Below are positions 18,797-28,595 of a DNA stretch of 64,000 bases, in pieces. Position 1 is the first letter of the stretch, and every line of letters begins with the position of its first letter. Origin of the DNA: an uncultured Planctomycetia bacterium (lineage in GTDB: Bacteria; Omnitrophota; Gorgyraeia; Tantalellales; Tantalellaceae); the NCBI GenBank assembly GCA_964527765.1, contig CAZGQR010000004.1, positions 64,083 to 128,082 on the forward strand, in the 5' to 3' direction. Both the position numbers and the translations under genes were made by a program. Below the pieces are notes generated by a model, which searched no databases, was not told the origin of the DNA, and saw only the letters and a list, made by a program, of their open reading frames with translations.

Positions 18797-19193
18797 CCCC
18801 TTAAAAGAAGAAAAATCCCTGGGAGAATTCCTCTTAAAAGAAGAACAATACCCTTTAATGGGGGAAGAGCACCACTTAAAAGAGGATATTTTCAAGATAC
18901 TGCGTCTTTTAGCATCCCATGACGACCTGTCCCAAAGGGACCTGTCAGGACACCTTGATATGTCTCTGGGCAAGACCAATTATCTTCTAAAAGCCATGAT
19001 CAAGAGAGGCCTGATAATGGTCAGGAATTTCACTGTCCGCGACAATAAGATGAAAAAAGTGCAGTATCTCCTGACCAAAGAGGGTTTCGACGTCAAACTG
19101 AAACTGGCCTATTATTATCTCAGGCAAAAAGAGGAAGAGTACCTGGCGCTTAAGGGGGAAATAGAACAGATGTCAGATCAGGGGGAGCAGTGA
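18786..19193 (+). CDS. MarR-family EPS-associated transcriptional regulator
   Basis: LSQRDLS..L.MSLGKTNYLLKAMIKRGLI..NF....K..YLLTKEG; repetitive N-terminal extension. Confidence 0.9.
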   Translation: MNEHPLKEEKSLGEFLLKEEQYPLMGEEHHLKEDIFKILRLLASHDDLSQRDLSGHLDMSLGKTNYLLKAMIKRGLIMVRNFTVRDNKMKKVQYLLTKEGFDVKLKLAYYYLRQKEEEYLALKGEIEQMSDQGEQ

Positions 19194-20992
19194 AGATAGA
19201 CTTTCGCAAAGCGGGGATCATCTGGTATTTTTTCAAACCGTATAAAGCACAGCTGCTGATCTTGCTGTTTGTAATGCTTTCCTCCGGTTTTATGGAAATG
19301 TTAAACCTGGCAGCTCTGTATCCTGTGATGAATTATGGGCTTAAGCTGGAGAACAGTAATTTTCTTTTGATATTATTCAATGAAATTATCGTTCATTTCG
19401 CGACCGACAATTATTTCTTTGTCTCCTGTGTCGCGCTTATAGTTATTACTGTGATCGCCGTGATATTCAAGTTTGCCTACAGTTTTTTATCAAACAAGCT
19501 GGTAATGAGAATTGTGGGAGATACGCAGAAAGCGGTCTTCAGGAAATATATAACTTCGGATTACGATTTCTTTGTTAAGAGCCAGCAGGGCAAATTGATC
19601 CATACAGTAACCATAGCTCCCGAACAGGTCACAAATATGATTTTATTCACTATAAGGCTGACACACGATCTGATAAGCTCACTATTTTTATTTTCTCTAC
19701 TGCTGGTGCTTACCTGGCAGGGGACTTTTTTGCTCGTATCAATAGGTGTTGTCTACATGCTGTTTGTAAAGAGGATCATGAAAAGAGTCATATATCGGTG
19801 CGCGGCTATTGCGACCGAGGAGGACAGGAAAAAGAATGTTATCCTGAATGAATTTATAAACGGCATCAAAGCCATCAAAATATTTTTTACTTTTAACGAC
19901 TGGGAAACGAAGTATGTCAGTGCGGTTGATGAGAGTTTGCACAATAGATTCAAGATGCTGCTGGGCCGCGTCTTCCCGGAATCTTTCATGAAGTTTATAT
20001 TTTTTGCCATGCTCGCTGTTTTTGGGATTTTGTTAAGCCGCAGGTCACCTCAGGACCTGATTCTGGCTATACCTCTTTTTGGAACGTTTGTGATGGTCGC
20101 AAGCCGTTTTTTCCCCTCGATCCAGATGGTCGGTAATGATCTTATGGTAATAACCGATTGCATCCCGAATACAAAGATAGTTCATACCCTGTGCATGTCA
20201 AAGCTTGCGAACATTCCGGACGGAACAGATATTTTAAAAGAATTCAACGGAAAGATCGCTTTCGAAGACGTCTGGTTTAAGTATGATAACATGCCGGAAT
20301 ACTTGTTAAAGGGCGTAACGTTCGGCATAAAGAAGAGAGAGATAACCGCCATTGTCGGTCCGTCCGGTTCGGGAAAAACAACTATAATCAATTTGTTATT
20401 AAAATTATATCGTCCAGAAACAGGCGAAATTAAAATTGACGGGACCGACATTTTTAGCTACACAAACAGATCCTATTTGGACAAGATCGGGTATGTAGGC
20501 CAGGAAACATTTATTTTTAACGACACCGTCAAGGAAAACATACGGTTCGGCATGCAAAACTGCAGCGATGATATGATAATAAGGGCGGCCAAACTGGCGA
20601 ATGCCCACGAATTTATTGTCAATACCCGGGATGGCTATAATACGCTGGTGGGAGACGCGGGTGTTAAGCTCTCAGGAGGACAGAGGCAGCGCGTTGCTAT
20701 CGCCAGAGCGATGCTGAGAGAACCGGAAATACTGGTCTTCGATGAAGCCACCAGCTCTCTGGATAATATTGCCGAGAAGAACGTGCAGGAAGCGATCAAC
20801 CGGGTATCACAACATACAACGGTAGTAATGGTCGCTCACAGGCTATCCACCATTCAGAATGCAGATAAAATAGTTGTTCTGGACAACGGCTCTATCTGGG
20901 AGGAAGGTACCCATACCGAGCTGATGGGCAATAACGGCCTGTATTTTAACCTTTATACAAAGCAGGATATTTTTATGCGGGAGAAAATATAA
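19190..20992 (+). CDS. ABC exporter, fused permease/ATPase (MsbA/PglK-like; candidate glycan flippase)
   Basis: TM domain; Walker A GPSGSGKT; LSGGQRQR; DEATSSLD; AHRLST. Confidence 0.9.
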   Translation: MKIDFRKAGIIWYFFKPYKAQLLILLFVMLSSGFMEMLNLAALYPVMNYGLKLENSNFLLILFNEIIVHFATDNYFFVSCVALIVITVIAVIFKFAYSFLSNKLVMRIVGDTQKAVFRKYITSDYDFFVKSQQGKLIHTVTIAPEQVTNMILFTIRLTHDLISSLFLFSLLLVLTWQGTFLLVSIGVVYMLFVKRIMKRVIYRCAAIATEEDRKKNVILNEFINGIKAIKIFFTFNDWETKYVSAVDESLHNRFKMLLGRVFPESFMKFIFFAMLAVFGILLSRRSPQDLILAIPLFGTFVMVASRFFPSIQMVGNDLMVITDCIPNTKIVHTLCMSKLANIPDGTDILKEFNGKIAFEDVWFKYDNMPEYLLKGVTFGIKKREITAIVGPSGSGKTTIINLLLKLYRPETGEIKIDGTDIFSYTNRSYLDKIGYVGQETFIFNDTVKENIRFGMQNCSDDMIIRAAKLANAHEFIVNTRDGYNTLVGDAGVKLSGGQRQRVAIARAMLREPEILVFDEATSSLDNIAEKNVQEAINRVSQHTTVVMVAHRLSTIQNADKIVVLDNGSIWEEGTHTELMGNNGLYFNLYTKQDIFMREKI

Positions 20993-22917
20993 TGGGGCAA
21001 ACAGAAAAAAACAGAATGGTTCTGATAGAGTCAGGTGATTCTGTTTCCTGCAGAATGGCGGCAAAATACAGGGAGGCATACGTATATTCCGGCAATTTGC
21101 GCGGCGCAAAAGGTCTCTCCGATGATTTTTTGGATCTGATAGACTATTACACGTCTCATTATAGAGCCGGCGAAGCGATCGATTGGGTATATGAACAGTA
21201 TGTTGAAAGCGGCGAAGCTGAGGTCCTCAACAGGGCGATAGGGGATAAGCGTGCCCACTTGGCCATAAAGAAAGCGATTTTGCTGGCACTAGGGGATCTT
21301 TTTCTTTCTTTTATCATGGCGGAAAAGTTTGTGAAAAAATACGATGTGGAGGAAACAATAGATTTTTTGCCCAACAAATTTTCGTACACCTTATATCAGA
21401 TTGTTTTTAAAAGAAAAGATTTAATGCCGGACCGCGTCAACATACCGGAATGGTATATAAAGAAGATGAAACGTCTGGAGTTCGGCAGGAACAGTGTTTA
21501 TCGCGCGGGACTGGTCCTGTATCCTCTTACGGTTTCCATGCTCATGAATCTCGGCAGAGCCGGAAAAACAGGAAAAAAGAATTACCGCTACGGAGTCCAT
21601 ATATGGAACGGCTGGGTCAGATCCTCGAGTTCATCAGCCCGGATAGGTTTTCTTGAGGATAAGAACGGCATCAATCAGGCGAATACATTATATATTCTGG
21701 ACTATAAGATCAAAAGAAGGGAAAGGAAAGCGGATCTTAAAAAGGTAAAAAACAGCGGTTATGATTACTGCCGTTTCGAAGAGATCGTGCGCGGGTTCAG
21801 CGTATGGAGATATTTCGGGGAGATCTATCCGGCTGTCAGAAGGGTCGCGAAGGAAATGTTTTCATTATGCGGCGGGAAGGGTCTTTTGGCGCGGTCATAT
21901 CTGAGGACGCTCCGGAGACTCATATTGTGGGAAATATTCTTTTCAAATTATGCCGTGGACTTATTCGTCGCCCTGCAGGATCCCGGTAATATACCGAGGA
22001 CGTTGCTCCAGAAGAAAAACGGAGCCGACAGCATATTTGTATTTACTTCCACTTCTTATGATCCCGTTTATCGGGAGAACATGGATACGCACGCTGATTC
22101 GAACTACAGCTTCATGGTTTATGACGCGGCGGTTTCAAGCCGCATGTCCAACGATTATTTCAGGAGAAATAACAATTTGATCAATGAGTATGTAAATTGC
22201 GGAATATTGCTTTCCGACAATGTTTACAGGGTAAGACAGGACGCCGCGTTGAAAGCAAGAATCAAAAAAGAGCTAGGCATTTCGCCGAACAAGGCCGTTA
22301 TAGGTTTTTATGATACAAAGATAGGAAAGATGGGCATGCTGAATAACCAGGAAGGCTACAGGATGATAAACGATGTTTATCGTCTTTTGGAATCGAACAA
22401 GGATTATTATATTCTCTTCAAGTCCAGGGGTTATTACCGGTATTCGGGAAATAGCGACGTCAAGAAAGAGATCGACAGGCTGATCGCGCATGAACGGGTG
22501 ATCCATGTCAATGAGACAAAAGCACATTCCGATTATGACGCGCGCTGTTTCATGGGGATCTGCGATCTGGTCATAGGGACCTTTACTTCGAGCGCGCCGT
22601 TGGAATCGGTTGCCGGAGGGATCAGGACAATTTGTTATGTTCCGTCCGAGAGATTCAATAAGGACGTCTTTGCGGTGAATACGTTCCCGCGCTTTTGCGC
22701 CCGCGGATATGACCAGTTAAAAGAGTATACGGAATACTGGCTTAACGAATGCAGCGAGGATGATTTTCGGTGTTTTCTGGATACTTATGTAAAAAAACAT
22801 GTTGATGATTACTGCGACGGCCAGGCGATGAAGAGGCTACATTCGTTGCTGGATCGATATAGCGGGCCGGCGCATGAACGTCCGCCCCGGGAAAAACTGG
22901 CAACGATTTCGAAATAA
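20992..22917 (+). CDS. Polysaccharide biosynthesis protein (PFTS-motif-like); candidate nonulosonate transferase
   Basis: 641 aa; C-terminal GT-B-like region with CDLVIGTFTSSAPLES; position at the head of the locus. Confidence 0.6.
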   Translation: MGQTEKNRMVLIESGDSVSCRMAAKYREAYVYSGNLRGAKGLSDDFLDLIDYYTSHYRAGEAIDWVYEQYVESGEAEVLNRAIGDKRAHLAIKKAILLALGDLFLSFIMAEKFVKKYDVEETIDFLPNKFSYTLYQIVFKRKDLMPDRVNIPEWYIKKMKRLEFGRNSVYRAGLVLYPLTVSMLMNLGRAGKTGKKNYRYGVHIWNGWVRSSSSSARIGFLEDKNGINQANTLYILDYKIKRRERKADLKKVKNSGYDYCRFEEIVRGFSVWRYFGEIYPAVRRVAKEMFSLCGGKGLLARSYLRTLRRLILWEIFFSNYAVDLFVALQDPGNIPRTLLQKKNGADSIFVFTSTSYDPVYRENMDTHADSNYSFMVYDAAVSSRMSNDYFRRNNNLINEYVNCGILLSDNVYRVRQDAALKARIKKELGISPNKAVIGFYDTKIGKMGMLNNQEGYRMINDVYRLLESNKDYYILFKSRGYYRYSGNSDVKKEIDRLIAHERVIHVNETKAHSDYDARCFMGICDLVIGTFTSSAPLESVAGGIRTICYVPSERFNKDVFAVNTFPRFCARGYDQLKEYTEYWLNECSEDDFRCFLDTYVKKHVDDYCDGQAMKRLHSLLDRYSGPAHERPPREKLATISK

Positions 22918-22927
22918 AGGCAAAAAT

Positions 22928-23983
22928 ATGACTGTCAACGAAAAGCATATGGACGATCTGGTAAAAACATTATTTGACAGAGGGGATCCTTACGAAGTTC
23001 TGGAAAAGGAACAGGGTCCGGCCGTGAGGGAATATCGCCGCAAATGGAAGATGGCGGGTGAACACCTTTCGGAGTTTCAGTATCCGCTGCATCTAAATTT
23101 TGAACTGGTCTACGGATGCAATCTGCGATGCGAATTCTGCATTTTTAATTTGCCGGCGGAAGAATGGGATTATAAAGCAAGGCCGGGCGATAAGATCTCT
23201 TTCGAGAAGTATCAGGAAGTGGTGGATGAGGGGGTAAGGCACGGCCTTTGTTCTATTGCCCTGAACGGGTACAATGAGCCGTTGCTTCAGGCCGATATCG
23301 TAAAATACATTGATTATGCGAGAAAAGCAGGGGTTTTGGATGTGTCGTTGCATACGAACGGTCTTCTTTTAACGGAAAAAATGTCCAGGGCGCTTATTGA
23401 TTCAGGTTTAACGATGATAATGTTTTCCATAGATGCTGCTACCGGGAAGACGTATGAAAAGATAAGGCAAAGCCGTGATTTCAACAAAGCAATAAAGAAT
23501 GTCACGGATTTCGTGGCACTGAAAAAAACCGCTGGTAAGGCATTGCCCCTGACCAGAGTCTCGTTCGTGGAAACCAAGGTAAACCATATGGAATTGGAGG
23601 ATTTCGTTTCCTACTGGCGGAATAAGATCGATTTTTTCACGGTTCAGACTTTTTTCAATCCTTTTGTCGGCAAGGATAATTACGAAAAAATAGAGAGCGA
23701 ATACCGCCTTAAAGATACGTCTTTTTCGGTTTGCGCGGAACCGTATCAGCGTCTGATGATAACCTGTGACGGTAACGTTCTGCCTTGTTGTTCGAATTAC
23801 GGCCTGGGTCTGGTAGTCGGCAATATTTATCAGGATTCCGTTTACAACATTTGGAACAGCAAAAAGATGAAAGAATTGCGCTCGAAAATCAACGGTTCAA
23901 AGGAAGTTCAGCCGGAAGCCTGCAGAAAGTGCAGAGCTTCCGTCATGTCCCCTAAAAGCGGGATGAAAGAGGAAACGTCATGA
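22928..23983 (+). CDS. Radical SAM protein with SPASM/twitch domain
   Basis: CNLRCEFC; C-terminal CAEPY..DGNVLPCC..CRKC; start moved to ATG 22928 to avoid overlap with the previous gene. Confidence 0.9.
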   Translation: MTVNEKHMDDLVKTLFDRGDPYEVLEKEQGPAVREYRRKWKMAGEHLSEFQYPLHLNFELVYGCNLRCEFCIFNLPAEEWDYKARPGDKISFEKYQEVVDEGVRHGLCSIALNGYNEPLLQADIVKYIDYARKAGVLDVSLHTNGLLLTEKMSRALIDSGLTMIMFSIDAATGKTYEKIRQSRDFNKAIKNVTDFVALKKTAGKALPLTRVSFVETKVNHMELEDFVSYWRNKIDFFTVQTFFNPFVGKDNYEKIESEYRLKDTSFSVCAEPYQRLMITCDGNVLPCCSNYGLGLVVGNIYQDSVYNIWNSKKMKELRSKINGSKEVQPEACRKCRASVMSPKSGMKEETS

Positions 23984-25812
23984 ATATTCTGGGATTAAAT
24001 CTGGAAGAGTTTTGCAGCGCGGCGGTCATGAAGAACGGAGAAATAACCGCGGCATGCGCCGAGGAAAGATTTACGCGTGAAAAAGGATATTCTGGCTTTC
24101 CCAAAAGGTCGATAGAGTATTGCCTGGAAGAATCGGGTCTCGGGATAAATGATATTGACTTGGTCGCTGTCGCCGATCTCGGAACCAGCGTGATGGGGTT
24201 TGTATTTTCCTACGTGCAGAGAAGGTCCAGATTTTCCGTAGACGATTATGTGAGAGAGGCCAAAGATTACTGGTACCCGATGCTCTACCAGAACAAGGAT
24301 GTGGATTATCTGGAGATCTTTAAGGATAAACTGTGTCTTGAGACCTTTCCGGAGGAGTTTAATGATCATTTTTTCAAAGAGATAGACAGGTATAAAAGGG
24401 CGGATTTCCGCGAGATACAGAAGCTGAAAAAACGCCTCATAAAGACATATTATCCGCAGATAGACGAGGATCGGATTAAATTTTTTCCGCACCATGAGAT
24501 ACACGCGCTTTACGGTTATTACGGTTCAAAGTTCGCCGGGGAGAAAGAGTCCGTTTTGATCATTACGGCGGACAGCTGGGGCGATTTTGAGAACGGAACG
24601 ATCTCTCAGTTTAAAGACGGCAGATTTGAAGTCCTTCATATTGTTGATAACCAGAATCTGGGCAGGCTTTTCAGGAATATGACTTTATACCTGGGAATGA
24701 AACCTTATGATCATGAATACAAAGTCATGGGGCTTGCTGCATATGCTCCGGAATATCTCAGCAGGCCCGCTTATAACGTGTTTTCCGGCATCATGGACGT
24801 GGATAATATTGATTTCTTTTATAGAGAGAACCCGAAGGACCATTATTTCTGGTTTAAGGATAAGCTGGAAGGTATACGTTTTGACGGCGTGGCAGGGGGC
24901 TTGCAGAGTTATTTTGAAGATTGCGTGCAGAAATGGATCACGGCCGCTGTAAAAAAATATGGCATTAGAAGGGTCTGTTTTTCCGGCGGACTGGCGATGA
25001 ACATCAAGGCGAACATGAAACTCGGACAAATGGAGGGGGTAGAGGATTTTTTTGTCGCCGCTTCCCCGGATGATAATTCCAACTGTATCGGTGTCTGTTT
25101 TCTGGCCATGTACCGGGAATCGGAGCAGAGCAAAGGAGATATGTTCGGGATCAAACCGCTTGGATCCATGTATCTGGGGCCGGATATTACCGATACCGAG
25201 ATCCGGGAAGCCATTATTGAAAATAAGCTGGATGAATTTTGTGCCGTTACTGAGAATGTTAAAACAGATTACATCGCTGGTAGGCTGACGGAAGGTATTG
25301 TCATAGGGCGCGCCTCCGGAAGGATGGAATTCGGTGCCAGAGCCCTTGGAAACAGATCTATTCTTGCGGATCCGAGAAATCTGGGCATTGTCAACCGCAT
25401 AAACAGGATCATCAAAAAAAGGGATTTCTGGATGCCGTTCGCTCCCGTCGTAATCGATACTTACTGGGATAAATATCTGGTCAACAGGAATGATCTGTTT
25501 TCTCCCTTCATGACAGTTGGGTTCGAGACTACCGAAGCGGGGCGAAGGGATATGCCCGCAGCGATCCATCCTGCCGACAAGACTACCAGGCCTCAGATGT
25601 TGGCGAAAGAAGCTAATCCGGACTATTACGGCATAATCCGGGAATTTGAGAAGAGAACAAAAGTCGGAGCCCTGATAAATACTTCATTCAATTTACACGG
25701 TTATCCCATAGTCAGAAGCGCCCAGGATGCCGTGGATGTTTTCCTGAATTCGGACCTGGACGCCTTATTGCTCAATGATACATATATAGAAAAGCGAAGA
25801 AAAAAGTCATAA
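23980..25812 (+). CDS. O-carbamoyltransferase (NodU/CmcH family)
   Basis: EERFTREK, PHHEIHA, EYKVMGLA, SGGLAMN, GRMEFGARALGNRSILADP, NTSFNLHG. Confidence 0.92.
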   Translation: MNILGLNLEEFCSAAVMKNGEITAACAEERFTREKGYSGFPKRSIEYCLEESGLGINDIDLVAVADLGTSVMGFVFSYVQRRSRFSVDDYVREAKDYWYPMLYQNKDVDYLEIFKDKLCLETFPEEFNDHFFKEIDRYKRADFREIQKLKKRLIKTYYPQIDEDRIKFFPHHEIHALYGYYGSKFAGEKESVLIITADSWGDFENGTISQFKDGRFEVLHIVDNQNLGRLFRNMTLYLGMKPYDHEYKVMGLAAYAPEYLSRPAYNVFSGIMDVDNIDFFYRENPKDHYFWFKDKLEGIRFDGVAGGLQSYFEDCVQKWITAAVKKYGIRRVCFSGGLAMNIKANMKLGQMEGVEDFFVAASPDDNSNCIGVCFLAMYRESEQSKGDMFGIKPLGSMYLGPDITDTEIREAIIENKLDEFCAVTENVKTDYIAGRLTEGIVIGRASGRMEFGARALGNRSILADPRNLGIVNRINRIIKKRDFWMPFAPVVIDTYWDKYLVNRNDLFSPFMTVGFETTEAGRRDMPAAIHPADKTTRPQMLAKEANPDYYGIIREFEKRTKVGALINTSFNLHGYPIVRSAQDAVDVFLNSDLDALLLNDTYIEKRRKKS

Positions 25813-25860
25813 TGGCGGAATGCCGAGAAAGACAACAAAATAACCCAGAGAGAGAAAAAA

Positions 25861-26841
25861 ATGAAAAAAGTATTGATCACGGGTGCCGGCGGATTTATTG
25901 GTTCACATCTGGCCGAATTATGCGTGCGAAAAGATTACAAGGTAAATGCCCTGGTCCGTTATAATTCCAACAATAGCCGAGGGTGGTTGGAGGGCGTTAA
26001 ATGCAAAAATAAGATCAACATTATAAGCGGTGATATCAGGGATTACGATTCGGTCTATAGTGCCTTAAGCGGCTGCGATACCGTTTTTCATCTGGCTGCG
26101 CTGATAGGCATTCCATATTCGTATATTACCCCCCTGGCGTATCTCAAGACCAATATCGAAGGAACTTATAATGTTCTGGAAGCTTCAAAAGGACTGGGCT
26201 TGAAAAATGTTATTATTACCTCTACGAGCGAGACTTACGGGACGGCGCAGTATGTCCCCATAGACGAAAGGCATCCCATGGTTGGGCAGTCTCCTTATTC
26301 GGCGACGAAGATATCAGCCGATCAACTTGCTTTGAGTTATTACTGTTCATTTGATCTGCCGGTCAAGGTTGTCCGCCCTTTCAACACGTACGGTCCGCGG
26401 CAATCTACCCGCGCGATCATACCCACGATCATCACGCAGTTGCTTTCCGGAAAGAAAAAGATAAAACTCGGGGCTTTGCATCCGACGAGAGATCTGGTTT
26501 TTGTTAAAGATACCGTGGAAGGATTCCTGAAAATAGCAAGATCCGGCAAGACGACAGGCAAAATTATAAACATAGCGACTCAGACAGAGATTTCCATAGG
26601 GGACCTTGCGAAGAAAATAATCGATATGATCGATCCCGAAGCGGAAATAATAGCGGACAGGACCAGGCTAAGACCCGGCAAGAGCGAAGTGGAAAGACTG
26701 CTTGGGAGCAATGAAGAAATAAAAAAACTGACCGGGTGGAAGCCGAGGTACAGTCTGGATAAAGGTCTGAAAGAGACGGTTGAATGGTTTAAGAATGGGA
26801 AAAATTTAAGATTATATCCGACGGATATCTACAATGTATAA
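25861..26841 (+). CDS. legB: NDP-GlcNAc 4,6-dehydratase (LegB)
   Basis: GAGGFIG, VRYNS..SRGWL, HLAALIGIPYSY, STSETYG, YSATK. Confidence 0.88.
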   Translation: MKKVLITGAGGFIGSHLAELCVRKDYKVNALVRYNSNNSRGWLEGVKCKNKINIISGDIRDYDSVYSALSGCDTVFHLAALIGIPYSYITPLAYLKTNIEGTYNVLEASKGLGLKNVIITSTSETYGTAQYVPIDERHPMVGQSPYSATKISADQLALSYYCSFDLPVKVVRPFNTYGPRQSTRAIIPTIITQLLSGKKKIKLGALHPTRDLVFVKDTVEGFLKIARSGKTTGKIINIATQTEISIGDLAKKIIDMIDPEAEIIADRTRLRPGKSEVERLLGSNEEIKKLTGWKPRYSLDKGLKETVEWFKNGKNLRLYPTDIYNV

Positions 26842-27934
26842 AAAGATATATTTAGACGCGCCGAATGTCGGGACGCTGGAAAAAGAATTGTTGAGTAAAA
26901 CCATAGACAGCGGGTATGTATCGACCGTAGGTCCTTATGTGCCGGAGCTGGAACGGAGGATCGCGAAATATCTGGATGTTAAAAAAGCCGTTTCGACCCA
27001 GAGCGGAACAGCGGCTATTCATATGGCTTTGCATGAGCTGGGAGTGGGCGGCGGCGACGAAGTGATCGTTCCCGCTTTGACGTTCGTCGCAACGGTGAAC
27101 CCCGTTGTGTATGTAGGGGCCACGCCGGTTTTTGCGGACGTGAATATTGACACCTGGAATATCGATCCTGGAAATATCGAGAAAGTTATCACGAAAAAAA
27201 CAAAAGCGATAATACCGGTTCATCTATACGGCAATCCCTGCAATATGGACGCGATAATGAGAATAGCCGGCAAATACGGCTTGTACGTGATAGAGGACGC
27301 GACTGAAAGCCTGGGGGCGAAATATAAGGATAAACATACAGGGACTTTCGGCGATTTCGGGTGTTTCAGTTTCAATGGGAACAAGATCATTACCACCGGC
27401 GGCGGGGGAATGATTACCGGCAATAATGGGAGGAAGATAAGCCATGTCAAGATGCTGGTTAATCAGGCAAGAGATGAGGGAAAGGAATATTATCATCCGG
27501 AGGTGGGATTTAATTACAGGATGACCAATATCGAGGCATCATTGGGTCTGGGGCAGATGGAAAAATTGGATGATTTTTTAGCGAAAAAGAAGAAATTCAA
27601 TACAATCTACAGGGAAGAGTTGAAAGACATGGAGTTTGTCCGTTTTCAGCAGGAATGCGGGGACGGTGAAAGCTCCTGGTGGCTGTCGTGCGTTGTTTTC
27701 GGGAAAGGCATAGATATAGCCGGTTTACAGGAGAAGTTAAAAGAAAAAGGGATTCCCACAAGAAGGGTTTTTCCGCCGGTCGTGGAATTCCCGCCTTATA
27801 GGTCGCACAAACATGCTGGGTACGAAAATTCTTACCACATTTATGAAGGAGCGCTCTGTTTGCCCAGCTCCACGCTTAATTCCGCGGATGATATACATTA
27901 TGTCTGCGAAAAGATGAAAGGCTCATTTAGATGA
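26834..27934 (+). CDS. legC: PLP aminotransferase, DegT family (LegC)
   Basis: DSGYVSTVG, EDATESLG, SFNGNKIITTGGGG. Confidence 0.82.
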   Translation: MYKKIYLDAPNVGTLEKELLSKTIDSGYVSTVGPYVPELERRIAKYLDVKKAVSTQSGTAAIHMALHELGVGGGDEVIVPALTFVATVNPVVYVGATPVFADVNIDTWNIDPGNIEKVITKKTKAIIPVHLYGNPCNMDAIMRIAGKYGLYVIEDATESLGAKYKDKHTGTFGDFGCFSFNGNKIITTGGGGMITGNNGRKISHVKMLVNQARDEGKEYYHPEVGFNYRMTNIEASLGLGQMEKLDDFLAKKKKFNTIYREELKDMEFVRFQQECGDGESSWWLSCVVFGKGIDIAGLQEKLKEKGIPTRRVFPPVVEFPPYRSHKHAGYENSYHIYEGALCLPSSTLNSADDIHYVCEKMKGSFR

Positions 27935-28590
27935 GGATAGTTCTCTTTATCAAAAAGGATAAGCCTGCGACAGGAGAAGTTATCGAGTATTTGAGCAAGC
28001 GCTCGGATGATTTCATATTTTACGCGGGGGCCAGGGAAGACGGATTTCCGGAAGAAGCCGTTATATCTTTTCAGGATATATTGATCTCATATTTGTCTCC
28101 CTGGGTGATCCCGGAGGGGACGCTGAAGAATACAAGGCTTTGGAACATAAATTTCCATCCCGGCCCCCCGGAATATCCCGGGATAGGCTGTTTTAATTTC
28201 GCGATATACAACGGCGAGAAGTCTTACGGTGTTACCGCTCACCTGATGGATAAAAGTGTCGACAGCGGAAAAATAATAGCCGTTAAGAGATTTCCATTGC
28301 TTCCGTCCGATTCTGTGCACAGCCTGAGCGTGAAAAGCTATGAATGCATGCTTTCCCTGTTCCGCGAAGTGATGGACCTGGTCCTGGCGAAAGGCGAGAT
28401 CCCGGATTGCGGCGAAAAATGGCAGAGGAAAGCCTACAGGCGGGAAGATCTGGAAGATTTGTGCAGGATAGACCCGGGCATGGGAAAAGAAGAGATAGAA
28501 AAACGGATCAAAGCGACTACTTATCCCGATATGCCGGGCGCCTATATGGATATAGTCGGTTATAGATTTGCATATGCCCCTGACAGGTGA
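27931..28590 (+). CDS. Sugar N-formyltransferase (formyl_trans_N)
   Basis: INFHPGPPEYPG, GVTAHLMDKSVDSGKI. Confidence 0.8.
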   Translation: MRIVLFIKKDKPATGEVIEYLSKRSDDFIFYAGAREDGFPEEAVISFQDILISYLSPWVIPEGTLKNTRLWNINFHPGPPEYPGIGCFNFAIYNGEKSYGVTAHLMDKSVDSGKIIAVKRFPLLPSDSVHSLSVKSYECMLSLFREVMDLVLAKGEIPDCGEKWQRKAYRREDLEDLCRIDPGMGKEEIEKRIKATTYPDMPGAYMDIVGYRFAYAPDR

Positions 28591-28595
28591 TAAGA

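Noticed and set aside
18743-18893. CRISPR mini-array
   Set aside because: Only two exact 17-bp copies with a 20-bp gap, overlapping a coding start; no cas genes.
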